Origin: a virus
Taxonomy: Duplodnaviria; Heunggongvirae; Uroviricota; Caudoviricetes
Virus record (IMG/VR): IMGVR_UViG_3300007072_000340
Location: 1 to 30,215 of that record
DNA length: 30,215 bases
Strand: one strand, 5' to 3'
Within the stretch, counting starts at the first letter, position 1, and every line of letters starts with the position of its first letter. Position numbers and translations under genes: made by a program. Positions 16,388 through 23,870 of this stretch are shown piece after piece. A model generated the notes under the pieces. The model was not told the DNA's origin. It saw only the letters and a program-made list of their open reading frames with translations, and searched no databases.

Positions 16388-17492
16388 CTTGCGCGCCCTT
16401 CCGGTCCAAATAGTCCGCTGAAACAGATTTCAGAACGAGGCGACCCATCGAGCACTGCTGCTCGACAAGCGGGGTAATGACGATCCCTTCACGGCCCTTG
16501 AACTTCGACTTGACCGCCCGAGCCACGGTCGTGTCGCCATAGGTCAACCGCTCGACCAGTTCCGGTGAGAAGGGGCCTTCGTAGAGCACGGGCACGGTGG
16601 GGACACCATAGCGCTCGCAGAGCGCTTTGACGGGTGCCCAATCCAGATAGGTGCCGCTGACGGAGATGTCGAAGAGCCACCAGCCGATGTCGCCGGCAGG
16701 CACGCCGTAGTCCAAGTCCTGGACGCCGGGGCCAAACAACTCGCCGAAGAGAATCACGTCGTTGGTCGGCTCGTCGCCCTCGTTGCACAGGTCGGTGAGC
16801 AGGTCCAGCACACCTTCTCGATTCAATGGCCCCCAATACACGGACTCACGGCCTTCCGGGTCAATCTGCTTGCGGGCGGTCTTGTGGGAGCCGGCATGGA
16901 ATTGCCATTCGCCATCGACCTTCAAGAGGCCGACACGGCTGTTCGTGCCGTGGATTTTCTCGGTGATCCGCACCGGGAGTCCGGCGTCGAGAAGGTGTCG
17001 GTACTTGCGGTAGTGCTGGATGTCGGTGTAGCGGTGGAAGTTGACCGGCTCGCGGGCCAGGCCGCCCCACACTTCGCCGGTGCCGCCGCCGTAGCCTCGA
17101 TAGACCCGCGCCGGCGGCTCGTACTTCCGGCCGCGGAACGTCTCGGTCACGTCCATGCCGACCGAGGGCTGCTTCACCGTGCCGAGGGCGCTTAGCGGCT
17201 GCGCGAAGCCGTAGCTCGGCGTCCCGCGCAGCCGGCAGGCCGCCACGCGGCAGGGCACCCGCAGGCCGCCGTAGAGGGCCGTCTTGAGGTATTTCGTGAC
17301 GCCCAGGGCCTCGGCCACGTCGCCAGGGATCAGAATGTCGGGCGGGAAGTAGACGCACAGATCGCCGGCCTTGAACTGGCCTTTGACGATGGCGGTCTGC
17401 GTGCCGGCGACCTTGGCGATCTCCAACTTCTCGGCGTTGGGATGCGGCGCGACGGCCTCGATGCGTTCGATGGTGACGTTGACTTCCGACAC
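16371..17492 (-). CDS. RNA ligase, Rnl2/DRB0094-type, with N-terminal OB-like domain
   Basis: HPNAEKLE, EKIHGTNS (motif I), GELFG, FDI, GREGIV, LKSVS. Confidence 0.9.
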   Translation of the reverse strand: MSEVNVTIERIEAVAPHPNAEKLEIAKVAGTQTAIVKGQFKAGDLCVYFPPDILIPGDVAEALGVTKYLKTALYGGLRVPCRVAACRLRGTPSYGFAQPLSALGTVKQPSVGMDVTETFRGRKYEPPARVYRGYGGGTGEVWGGLAREPVNFHRYTDIQHYRKYRHLLDAGLPVRITEKIHGTNSRVGLLKVDGEWQFHAGSHKTARKQIDPEGRESVYWGPLNREGVLDLLTDLCNEGDEPTNDVILFGELFGPGVQDLDYGVPAGDIGWWLFDISVSGTYLDWAPVKALCERYGVPTVPVLYEGPFSPELVERLTYGDTTVARAVKSKFKGREGIVITPLVEQQCSMGRLVLKSVSADYLDRKGAQDEAEI

Positions 17493-17543
17493 GGGCGCAG
17501 GGTCTCAGACAGTTGACGGGTGATAGCGGAATGAAACGGCGAG

Positions 17544-17645
17544 CTACGCAGCCATTGGCTCGTCGTGGCTGAACGCCTTGCCCAGAGCGTCTTGAATCGT
17601 TACCGGGCGACTGGCGAAGTCGGCGTTCTGTCGAGCGGTTGCCAT
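17544..17645 (-). CDS. 33-aa peptide directly after motif copy 3
   Basis: MATARQNADFASRPVTIQDALGKAFSHDEPMAA. Confidence 0.4.
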   Translation of the reverse strand: MATARQNADFASRPVTIQDALGKAFSHDEPMAA

Positions 17646-17654
17646 TGGTTCGCT

Positions 17655-17691
17655 CTATCAAAACAACGCGAAGGCAGCGCGATACCCGAGT
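17655..17691 (-). promoter_or_regulatory. Conserved bipartite promoter-like motif, copy 3 (divergent)
   Basis: + strand CTATCAAAACAACG-N15-ACCCGAGT. Confidence 0.7.
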
Positions 17692-17700
17692 AGAATCCGG

Positions 17701-17847
17701 TCAGATTCTCCCCATCGCCCTGGCGACAATGGCGGCCACCGCCACGACGCCGCAGACGGTGGCGATGGCGACGGGAGCCTCGCAGGTGAGGGTCACGACG
17801 ACCGCACCGGCAAGCAGACTGATAATCAGGGTCACGATTCCACCCAT
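17701..17847 (-). CDS. 48-aa two-TM membrane peptide
   Basis: GAGG RBS; MGGIVTLIISLLAGAVVVTLTCEAPVAIATVCGVVAVAAIVARAMGRI. Confidence 0.6.
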   Translation of the reverse strand: MGGIVTLIISLLAGAVVVTLTCEAPVAIATVCGVVAVAAIVARAMGRI

Positions 17848-17977
17848 TGCACACCTCTTTCGCAAAAACCTCGGCTGTCGATCCGGGCCTCAGTGGCGGG
17901 CCGTCGCGGGCGGCCCTGGTTTCCTTGGACATTTGATGCAGGCCCCGCTCCGCGCTCGTAGGGCCAGACGCACCGAG

Positions 17978-19003
17978 TCATTCGCCCCGCAGTCGTTTCA
18001 TGGTTTGCAGGTAATGGGTCTCGCAGTTGCGGCAGTCACGGCAGTAGGCTGAGTTGATGCTGCTGCACATGCTCACCAGCCGGTTCTGGGCGTAGCGGGA
18101 CATGACCCAGCGCATGAAGTCTCTGGTCGGGCACCAGTAGGGATTGATGTGCCGGACGCGCCACTCGTAGCAAGGCCCCTTGAAGGTCAGGTCGGCCGGC
18201 ACCGGCGGCTCGCGGTCGTAGTAGGCCATGAAGGTAATCACCGCCGGCACCTGCGCGGCGGTCCACGCAGCCACGGCCTTGTCCACCAGGCCCAGGTTCG
18301 TGGCCGAGGTGCGGAGCCGCACGAACATCAGGTTGGGAGCGGGCGAGTACCAGGTCTCGCCGTGCCAGATCGGCCAGGCGTAGCGGGATTCCTCCTCTTC
18401 CTTGGGATTGGCCGTGAGGACCACGGGACCAGGGAAATCGAAGCGGGGGATCGACGTGTTGAAGAAGTACCGCTGATACTGCTTGGCGGTGTCGATCACC
18501 AGCTCGCGCTGATGGTTGCTGTCGTTGCCGCAGTTCATCCGCACAACGCCGTCGCCGACCTCTTCGGGCGCGGGCACCAGGGGCAACTGGTCCAGGGGAA
18601 CGTAGTACGCACCCGGCCGGTTGAAGAAACACTGGTTGCAGCCGATGGGGCACGGGCCGGCTTGCGGGATGCAATCGAAGTAGCTGGTGCCCTCTTGCTT
18701 GGGATTGCGTTTGGTTGCAGCCGTCTTCAGCAGTTTGCTTCTCGGCCCGGGAGCGATCCCGGTGACTTCGTAGCAGGAGTCCGAGCGGTTGACGACCTTG
18801 TAGTCGAACTTGCCTTCGAGCCGAAGCTGCCGAAGGACGCGATCGGGGGACGCAGGGGCAATCTGCGTCCTGGCGGCGATGTAGTCGTGCAAATCCTGGA
18901 TGTAGAAGCGCGGCTGGCCCGTCTGCCAGCGGTCCAACACGAACGTCTCCACCAGGTCGCCGATGTTGGCTTGAACGCGCGCTAGTTCTGCGGTTTGACT
19001 CAC
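17978..19003 (-). CDS. Radical-SAM-motif protein with N-terminal winged-helix-like domain
   Basis: CPIGCNQC (CxxxCxxC) at 18629-18652; C-terminal C-x7-CRDCRNC. Confidence 0.65.
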   Translation of the reverse strand: MSQTAELARVQANIGDLVETFVLDRWQTGQPRFYIQDLHDYIAARTQIAPASPDRVLRQLRLEGKFDYKVVNRSDSCYEVTGIAPGPRSKLLKTAATKRNPKQEGTSYFDCIPQAGPCPIGCNQCFFNRPGAYYVPLDQLPLVPAPEEVGDGVVRMNCGNDSNHQRELVIDTAKQYQRYFFNTSIPRFDFPGPVVLTANPKEEEESRYAWPIWHGETWYSPAPNLMFVRLRTSATNLGLVDKAVAAWTAAQVPAVITFMAYYDREPPVPADLTFKGPCYEWRVRHINPYWCPTRDFMRWVMSRYAQNRLVSMCSSINSAYCRDCRNCETHYLQTMKRLRGE

Positions 19004-19033
19004 CGTGCGAACCTCATTGGTCGGATCAACGGC

Positions 19034-19798
19034 TTAGAAGTTGGTGAACAGGACTTCGGTCTTCGTCTTGCCACGGGAGTTGTGCCGCCCGGCCCCGGCC
19101 CGGCTGGCGGTCACGCGGTCGATGCGGTTCCAGCCGCGGTAGAACTCCGCAGCTTCCGGGTACTCGGATACCGCCACTTTGGCGCTGGCCGAGTTCAGCA
19201 GTTCGACCATCGCGGGATAGTCGATGCGGTAGCGGTACTCGTCTTCGTGGCCATAGTAAGGCGGATCGACATAGATCAGGGCTTCTGGGTCGCGGTAAAC
19301 CCGCTGGATTGCCACCAGGGCGTCTTCGTGCAACAGCGCGACGCCGCGCATCCGATTTGCAGCGGGCAAGACCCGCCGGAACCAATCCGCCCAGACCTCG
19401 GGCTTCGGCTTGTGCGGGGCCGGGCACTTGTCGAGCGACCACGTGGAGGAATTGCCGTTGCCGCAGTAGAACTGCACGCCCTGCGCCATCAAGAGCACAG
19501 CCTGGTCGATGTCGCCTACGGGCTGTTCTCGCCAGTTGGCGGCCGAATAGGGCGTAGCCCAGAGCAGCGCAGCCAACTGTTCCGGCTGCGACTTGACCGC
19601 CCGCCACATGCCCATGACCACTTCGTCCAGATCGTTGATGATCTCGACGAACGAGCGGGGCTTGGCCAGGAGCACGGCGGCCGAAGCGCAGCACGGCTCC
19701 ATGTAAACCCGATGCTCGGGGAAGTGCGAGACGATCCACTTGGCGATGGACGCCTTGCCGCCGTACTGGCGATACGTAATCTTTGGCGTGGCGGTCAA
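19034..19798 (-). CDS. Dam/D12-class DNA adenine methyltransferase
   Basis: YGGKASIAKWIVSHFPEH, INDLD, HEDAL, YVDPPY. Confidence 0.9.
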   Translation of the reverse strand: MTATPKITYRQYGGKASIAKWIVSHFPEHRVYMEPCCASAAVLLAKPRSFVEIINDLDEVVMGMWRAVKSQPEQLAALLWATPYSAANWREQPVGDIDQAVLLMAQGVQFYCGNGNSSTWSLDKCPAPHKPKPEVWADWFRRVLPAANRMRGVALLHEDALVAIQRVYRDPEALIYVDPPYYGHEDEYRYRIDYPAMVELLNSASAKVAVSEYPEAAEFYRGWNRIDRVTASRAGAGRHNSRGKTKTEVLFTNF

Positions 19799-20937
19799 TC
19801 GGCATCCCTCCGTCGCCAGTAGCGGGCCTCCCTCGGGACGCTGTTATCGGACAGTTCGCGGTATTTGAACGTCACGGTTTGCCCGACCTTGAACGACTTG
19901 CCCTGGAAGAAGGAAGGCATGTCCTGGCCCGGTTTCTCGGCCGCCGTGTGGGCCATGTCGGGATTCAGGAACTCCCGTTCGGCGTCCGTCAGACCGGACA
20001 ACTCCAGGCGCTTGCCCTGGTAGTCCACAATCAGGGCACCGATCTTGCCCAACAGCCGGCTACCCTTGTTGGTTTCCCGGCCGCTGGTGAAGCCCGTAAT
20101 GCGGGCCTCGGCGTCCGAAAAGGGCTTGTACTTGAGGATGGACTTGTGGCGCTTCGGCGTCCAAACGGCATCGGGATCACGGATCACCACGCCCTCGCCG
20201 CCGCGGTCCAAGACCCGTTGCAGGTACTCTTCCATCTGGTCGCTGGCTGCCTCGGGAACGTCGATCAGCTTCATCTGCGGATGGAGGTAGCAGACCGAGG
20301 CGTCGGTGTTCTCCAAGGCCGTGTTCAGGACAGCCAATTCCTTGCCAAAGGGCTGACCGGGTTGCAGGAAGCGGAAGTAGTCGCCCAGGCAACGCTTCGG
20401 CCGAGGCACGCCCTCGAAGCGCTCGCCGCGCTGATTGAGTCGCTGGCGAAGCCATCGCTCAATCGTGAGGTAATCGACATCGCAGACCATGTTGGCGTTC
20501 TTGATCTGCCCGGTGCGGAAGACGCAGCCCAGCGGCGGGCTGGAATAGACCGCGAAGACGATCTTGTCAAAACGCTCGTCCGGGGTGTCGCCGCCGCAGA
20601 TCGACCGACAGAGCTGGAACTTGCCCCGCCCGGCCCACAACTCGCCGTCCAGGGGGCAGCAGGGAAGTTGATTGAGCCACCAGTCGGGGGCCATGATCGG
20701 ATTGCTGTAGCGGCTCCACAGGCCGGTCGCCACCGGCTTGATCTTGGCCTTCTTCCGGCCAGTCTTGGGGTCGATGACGCTGGCCCAGGGCACCTCCTCG
20801 GTGGGCAGCCCACGGCTGATCCCACCGTCCCAGAAGCAGCGGGTGCCGTCCAGCTTCTCCGATACGAACCAACCTGCGACGTTATGCTTGTGCGGATCGT
20901 AGTGGTCGGCCAGTTGCAGGAACTCGCGTCTTGCCAT
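19795..20937 (-). CDS. ATP-dependent DNA ligase
   Basis: EKLDG, LDGELW, GEGVVIR, LKYK, C-terminal OB fold with TFKY. Confidence 0.95.
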   Translation of the reverse strand: MARREFLQLADHYDPHKHNVAGWFVSEKLDGTRCFWDGGISRGLPTEEVPWASVIDPKTGRKKAKIKPVATGLWSRYSNPIMAPDWWLNQLPCCPLDGELWAGRGKFQLCRSICGGDTPDERFDKIVFAVYSSPPLGCVFRTGQIKNANMVCDVDYLTIERWLRQRLNQRGERFEGVPRPKRCLGDYFRFLQPGQPFGKELAVLNTALENTDASVCYLHPQMKLIDVPEAASDQMEEYLQRVLDRGGEGVVIRDPDAVWTPKRHKSILKYKPFSDAEARITGFTSGRETNKGSRLLGKIGALIVDYQGKRLELSGLTDAEREFLNPDMAHTAAEKPGQDMPSFFQGKSFKVGQTVTFKYRELSDNSVPREARYWRRRDAD

Positions 20938-20940
20938 CGG

Positions 20941-21108
20941 TCATGCCTGTGCGGATAGCTGGGATCGGAGCAGGTCTTCCATCAGGTCACACTCCCGGCG
21001 AACGGTCTCCCGCCGCTCGATCAACACCGGCCGGCTGTAGACAACCAGGCCGGGCCACCAGGCGGCTCGCTCTAGCCAATCGGCGGGGATGAACTCGACG
21101 GCGTACAC
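20941..21108 (-). CDS. Hypothetical protein (55 aa, GTG start)
   Basis: VYAVEFIPADWLERAAWWPGLVVYSRPV...; lies between motif copy 4 and the ligase. Confidence 0.5.
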   Translation of the reverse strand: MYAVEFIPADWLERAAWWPGLVVYSRPVLIERRETVRRECDLMEDLLRSQLSAQA

Positions 21109-21144
21109 AACTCGCTATTAGGTCAAAAGGTCTGAATTACTCTC

Positions 21145-21181
21145 CATAAGGGACAACGGAAATCAGACCCGTTTCCCGAGT
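21145..21181 (-). promoter_or_regulatory. Conserved bipartite promoter-like motif, copy 4
   Basis: + strand CATAAGGGACAACG-N15-TCCCGAGT. Confidence 0.8.
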
Positions 21182-21744
21182 GCTGCCGCCAACTTCTTTT
21201 CCAGATAACGGCGGGGGTCAAAGGCCCAGTTGGCGTTCCAGGGCCTCGGCACGAGGATTACGTGGCCTCCGAGGGCCTGGAAACGGTCGGTGTTCTCGCT
21301 GTAGTCGTCGATCAAGAGGGCGTCCGGCCGGGCGAAAAGGTGTTTGCGGGGCGTGATGGCAAACTGCCGGTGCATCCACGGCGGAAAGTGCCCGTGAATC
21401 CACTCCAACTTGCCGGCCAGGCTTTCGGGGCATTTGGTCGGGCTCGTAGCGATGCAGACGCCCTCGCGGCCGACCGCCTCGGCGCACCTCTCCAAGAGCC
21501 AGGCGAAGAACGGCGACTCGGGGACCTGGACCCAGACCGAGCGTGGGATGGACGCCCAGAACGTGGCTGGCGTGTAGCGAGACTCGCCCAGCAGGTGGTT
21601 GGCCGCCTCGGAAACGCGGTAGCCGAACTGGCGCGGGTAGGTCGCGTAGTCAGTCGGAGCGATGCGGCAACCGACTGAGTGCAACACGAACGGGGCCAGT
21701 GTGTTGCACACGTCGTCCAGGTCTAGGAAGATGCGCTGAATCAC
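21163..21744 (-). CDS. HAD-family 5'(3')-deoxyribonucleotidase (NT5C-like)
   Basis: IFLDLDDV, ATSP, KLEW, LLIDD, PRPWN. Confidence 0.8.
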   Translation of the reverse strand: MIQRIFLDLDDVCNTLAPFVLHSVGCRIAPTDYATYPRQFGYRVSEAANHLLGESRYTPATFWASIPRSVWVQVPESPFFAWLLERCAEAVGREGVCIATSPTKCPESLAGKLEWIHGHFPPWMHRQFAITPRKHLFARPDALLIDDYSENTDRFQALGGHVILVPRPWNANWAFDPRRYLEKKLAAALGKRV

Positions 21745-22424
21745 TGGTTGCGAACGGCCTCCATCTTGCGCCGGACCCTGGCCTCCAACGCGCTTACCAT
21801 GACGTGGGTTGATGAAACCGGCATGTGGAGCGCTGCCGCGATCTCGGTGAACTTGTAGCCGGCCTCCCGCATGGCCACGAAGGTCCGTTCCGCGTCGCAG
21901 GTGCAGCAGGACTCAATCAGGTCGCGCGTTTCCAGTTCCTTCTGGTAGGAAGGCACCTCGAATCGCTCGGGAACGACATTGTGGACCGTGGGAGGATTCA
22001 ACTCCTGGCCTTGAGCACGTGCGCGATAGCGCGATCGCGGCGGCAACCGGATCAGGCTGGCCGAGGCAATCAGGTTGCGCAATTCCCGATTGATCCACAT
22101 GCCCAGAAACTCGACCGGTGCGGACGGATCGGTGCTGCGTGGACCCTTGCCCGTTGCGATTCTGTTCACGCCTTCCACAAGCCCGGTAAACGCGGCGCTG
22201 ACAAGATCGTCGCGCAGATGGGCAATGCCGGGACAAGAGCGAATGAAGCTCTCGACGTTGGTGACAGCCAGAGGCATGTTGCCGACTATCATTTCCTCGC
22301 GGGCCGTGGCATCCCCGGTTGCCACGCGCTTGAAAAGGGCCAGGTTCTTCTCGGCGTCCAACGTCTCACCGCTGGTCGCCTGATGAAGATTGCTGATAAG
22401 AAGATCGTTGTAAGGATTACCCAC
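21741..22424 (-). CDS. Sigma70-family RNA polymerase sigma factor (short, regions 2 and 4)
   Basis: GDATAREEMIVGNMPLAV, DDLVSAAFTGLVEGVNRI, YKFTEIAAALHMPVSSTH; GGAGG RBS before the GTG. Confidence 0.75.
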   Translation of the reverse strand: MGNPYNDLLISNLHQATSGETLDAEKNLALFKRVATGDATAREEMIVGNMPLAVTNVESFIRSCPGIAHLRDDLVSAAFTGLVEGVNRIATGKGPRSTDPSAPVEFLGMWINRELRNLIASASLIRLPPRSRYRARAQGQELNPPTVHNVVPERFEVPSYQKELETRDLIESCCTCDAERTFVAMREAGYKFTEIAAALHMPVSSTHVMVSALEARVRRKMEAVRNQ

Positions 22425-22917
22425 GGCCGCACCCTCCAATCGCGTCGATCCGCCAGGCGCAGCGGGTGTAGAACTGGTGGGCTTCACAGGCGAGGCGGCT
22501 GTAGTCGTAGACTGGCCCGCGCGGGTCGTGGATGCGGCCGTGGTCGTAGGCGACCATGTGGCCGTGGCGTGCGCCGGTGCCGTCGATGACGCCCCGGCTG
22601 TTGCGGATCGTGGCCTCGAATCGCCGCCAGTTGTTGTCGGGGTAGAGCACCGTTTTGCGGAACGGTCCTGCTTCGGTCGGTTGCAGCACGGGAAACAACT
22701 CGACCGGCGTGACGGCCATGCCGCGCGCCAACGCGACGTGAACTAGCTCTTGAACGTGAAAGCACCGCCGGCACAGCGGCTCGGGAAGTGATGAACAGAC
22801 GATCTCGCTGCCGTCGTGGCCTATGGCGGCGAGCAGATCGGCGACGGGCACGTCCAAGGCCATCGCAAAGGCCAGCGGCATACACATCCACGGTTCGGGT
22901 CGCTGTTGCAGATTCAT
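22417..22917 (-). CDS. Possible papain-fold (C39-like) peptidase
   Basis: Q-x-C-x2-A-x-AM N-terminal pattern (QRPEPWMCMPLAFAM) and HMVAY...HDP. Confidence 0.45.
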   Translation of the reverse strand: MNLQQRPEPWMCMPLAFAMALDVPVADLLAAIGHDGSEIVCSSLPEPLCRRCFHVQELVHVALARGMAVTPVELFPVLQPTEAGPFRKTVLYPDNNWRRFEATIRNSRGVIDGTGARHGHMVAYDHGRIHDPRGPVYDYSRLACEAHQFYTRCAWRIDAIGGCGRG

Positions 22918-22968
22918 AGCGCAGGGTTTCTCCGCAGTTGGCGGGTGTAACGAGTTGCGAGAAGCGAG

Positions 22969-23364
22969 CTACCAGCCTTCGCGGTCTAGCTCGTCGAGGA
23001 GGGCGTCGATGTCAGGAACCTGACTCCACGACTCCTTCCAGTAGTCGCGCCAGTTGGGCGGCTTGAACAGTTTGTCGTACTCTTCCTGCGTGGCCGCAGT
23101 GAGTATCCAGATGCCGGTGCCCTTGGCTTCCCAGAGCGGCCACTTGAACCGCTGGGCTTTGGTAAACGTGTACCTCTTCGGTTGCTTACAGTCGATCCAC
23201 CGCTGGCCCCATTTCTCGTGCATCACGTACAGGTCGGGGAACCCGGTCTGGTACAAGTTGCCGTGCGTTCTTTCAACGTGCCATTTACGCGCACGGAGAA
23301 ATGTGATTAAATCACGTTGAATGAACCACTCCGGGCCGTGGCGCGGTCGTCGTATGCTGCCCAT
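22969..23364 (-). CDS. VRR-NUC family nuclease
   Basis: EWFIQRDL, GFPDL, WIDCK, TKAQ. Confidence 0.75.
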   Translation of the reverse strand: MGSIRRPRHGPEWFIQRDLITFLRARKWHVERTHGNLYQTGFPDLYVMHEKWGQRWIDCKQPKRYTFTKAQRFKWPLWEAKGTGIWILTAATQEEYDKLFKPPNWRDYWKESWSQVPDIDALLDELDREGW

Positions 23365-23870
23365 TGCTTCATCATCTCCGGCGCTACCCGCTGGCGTCCT
23401 GTAAGCCACGACCAACTCATTCCTTTAATCACGTTGTAAATGGTAGTTGGTTTGCGCCTCAGTTCCCGAGCGATCTCAGCCGGCGTGCGGCCTTTGTTGT
23501 CCAGGTCAACGATCCTTCCTACCTCATATTCGGTGAGCACCGCCTTTCCGTGTTGTCGCCCTCTCGCAGTGCGATTCTTTCGCTTGCAGTCTTGGCGGTT
23601 GTCCTTCTGCGTGCCGGCAAATAGGTGTCGCGGATTTACGCAGCGTGGGTTGTCGCACGAGTGGCATACGTGCAAGCTCGTTGGGCCGTATGCCAGTTGG
23701 TAAGAGATGCGGTGAGCCAAGTACGTCTTCGACAAACCTCGGGGACCGACCGAGAAGTTGCCGTAGGGGTTCCGAGGGCCGCCGCCTTGCCAAAGCCAAC
23801 AGTCCGTTGGCCCTTTCCGGTCCACGAAAGACCAGAAACGCTGAATGTCTGCCTGCGTCAGCTTTATCAT
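23307..23870 (-). CDS. HNH endonuclease with C-terminal HTH
   Basis: CWLWQG, AHRISY, VCHSCDNPRCVNPRHL, GTQKDN, AEIAREL. Confidence 0.9.
   Translation of the reverse strand: MIKLTQADIQRFWSFVDRKGPTDCWLWQGGGPRNPYGNFSVGPRGLSKTYLAHRISYQLAYGPTSLHVCHSCDNPRCVNPRHLFAGTQKDNRQDCKRKNRTARGRQHGKAVLTEYEVGRIVDLDNKGRTPAEIARELRRKPTTIYNVIKGMSWSWLTGRQRVAPEMMKQWAAYDDRATARSGSFNVI

Noticed and set aside
17600-17932. 110-aa Arg-rich ORF
   Set aside because: Crosses motif copy 3 and overlaps the 48-aa TM ORF, which has a clear RBS
21100-21147. ATG...TAA TAG in frame with the 55-aa ORF, suggesting read-through
   Set aside because: The ATG lies inside the promoter-like box and tandem stops argue against read-through; GTG at 21108 is simpler
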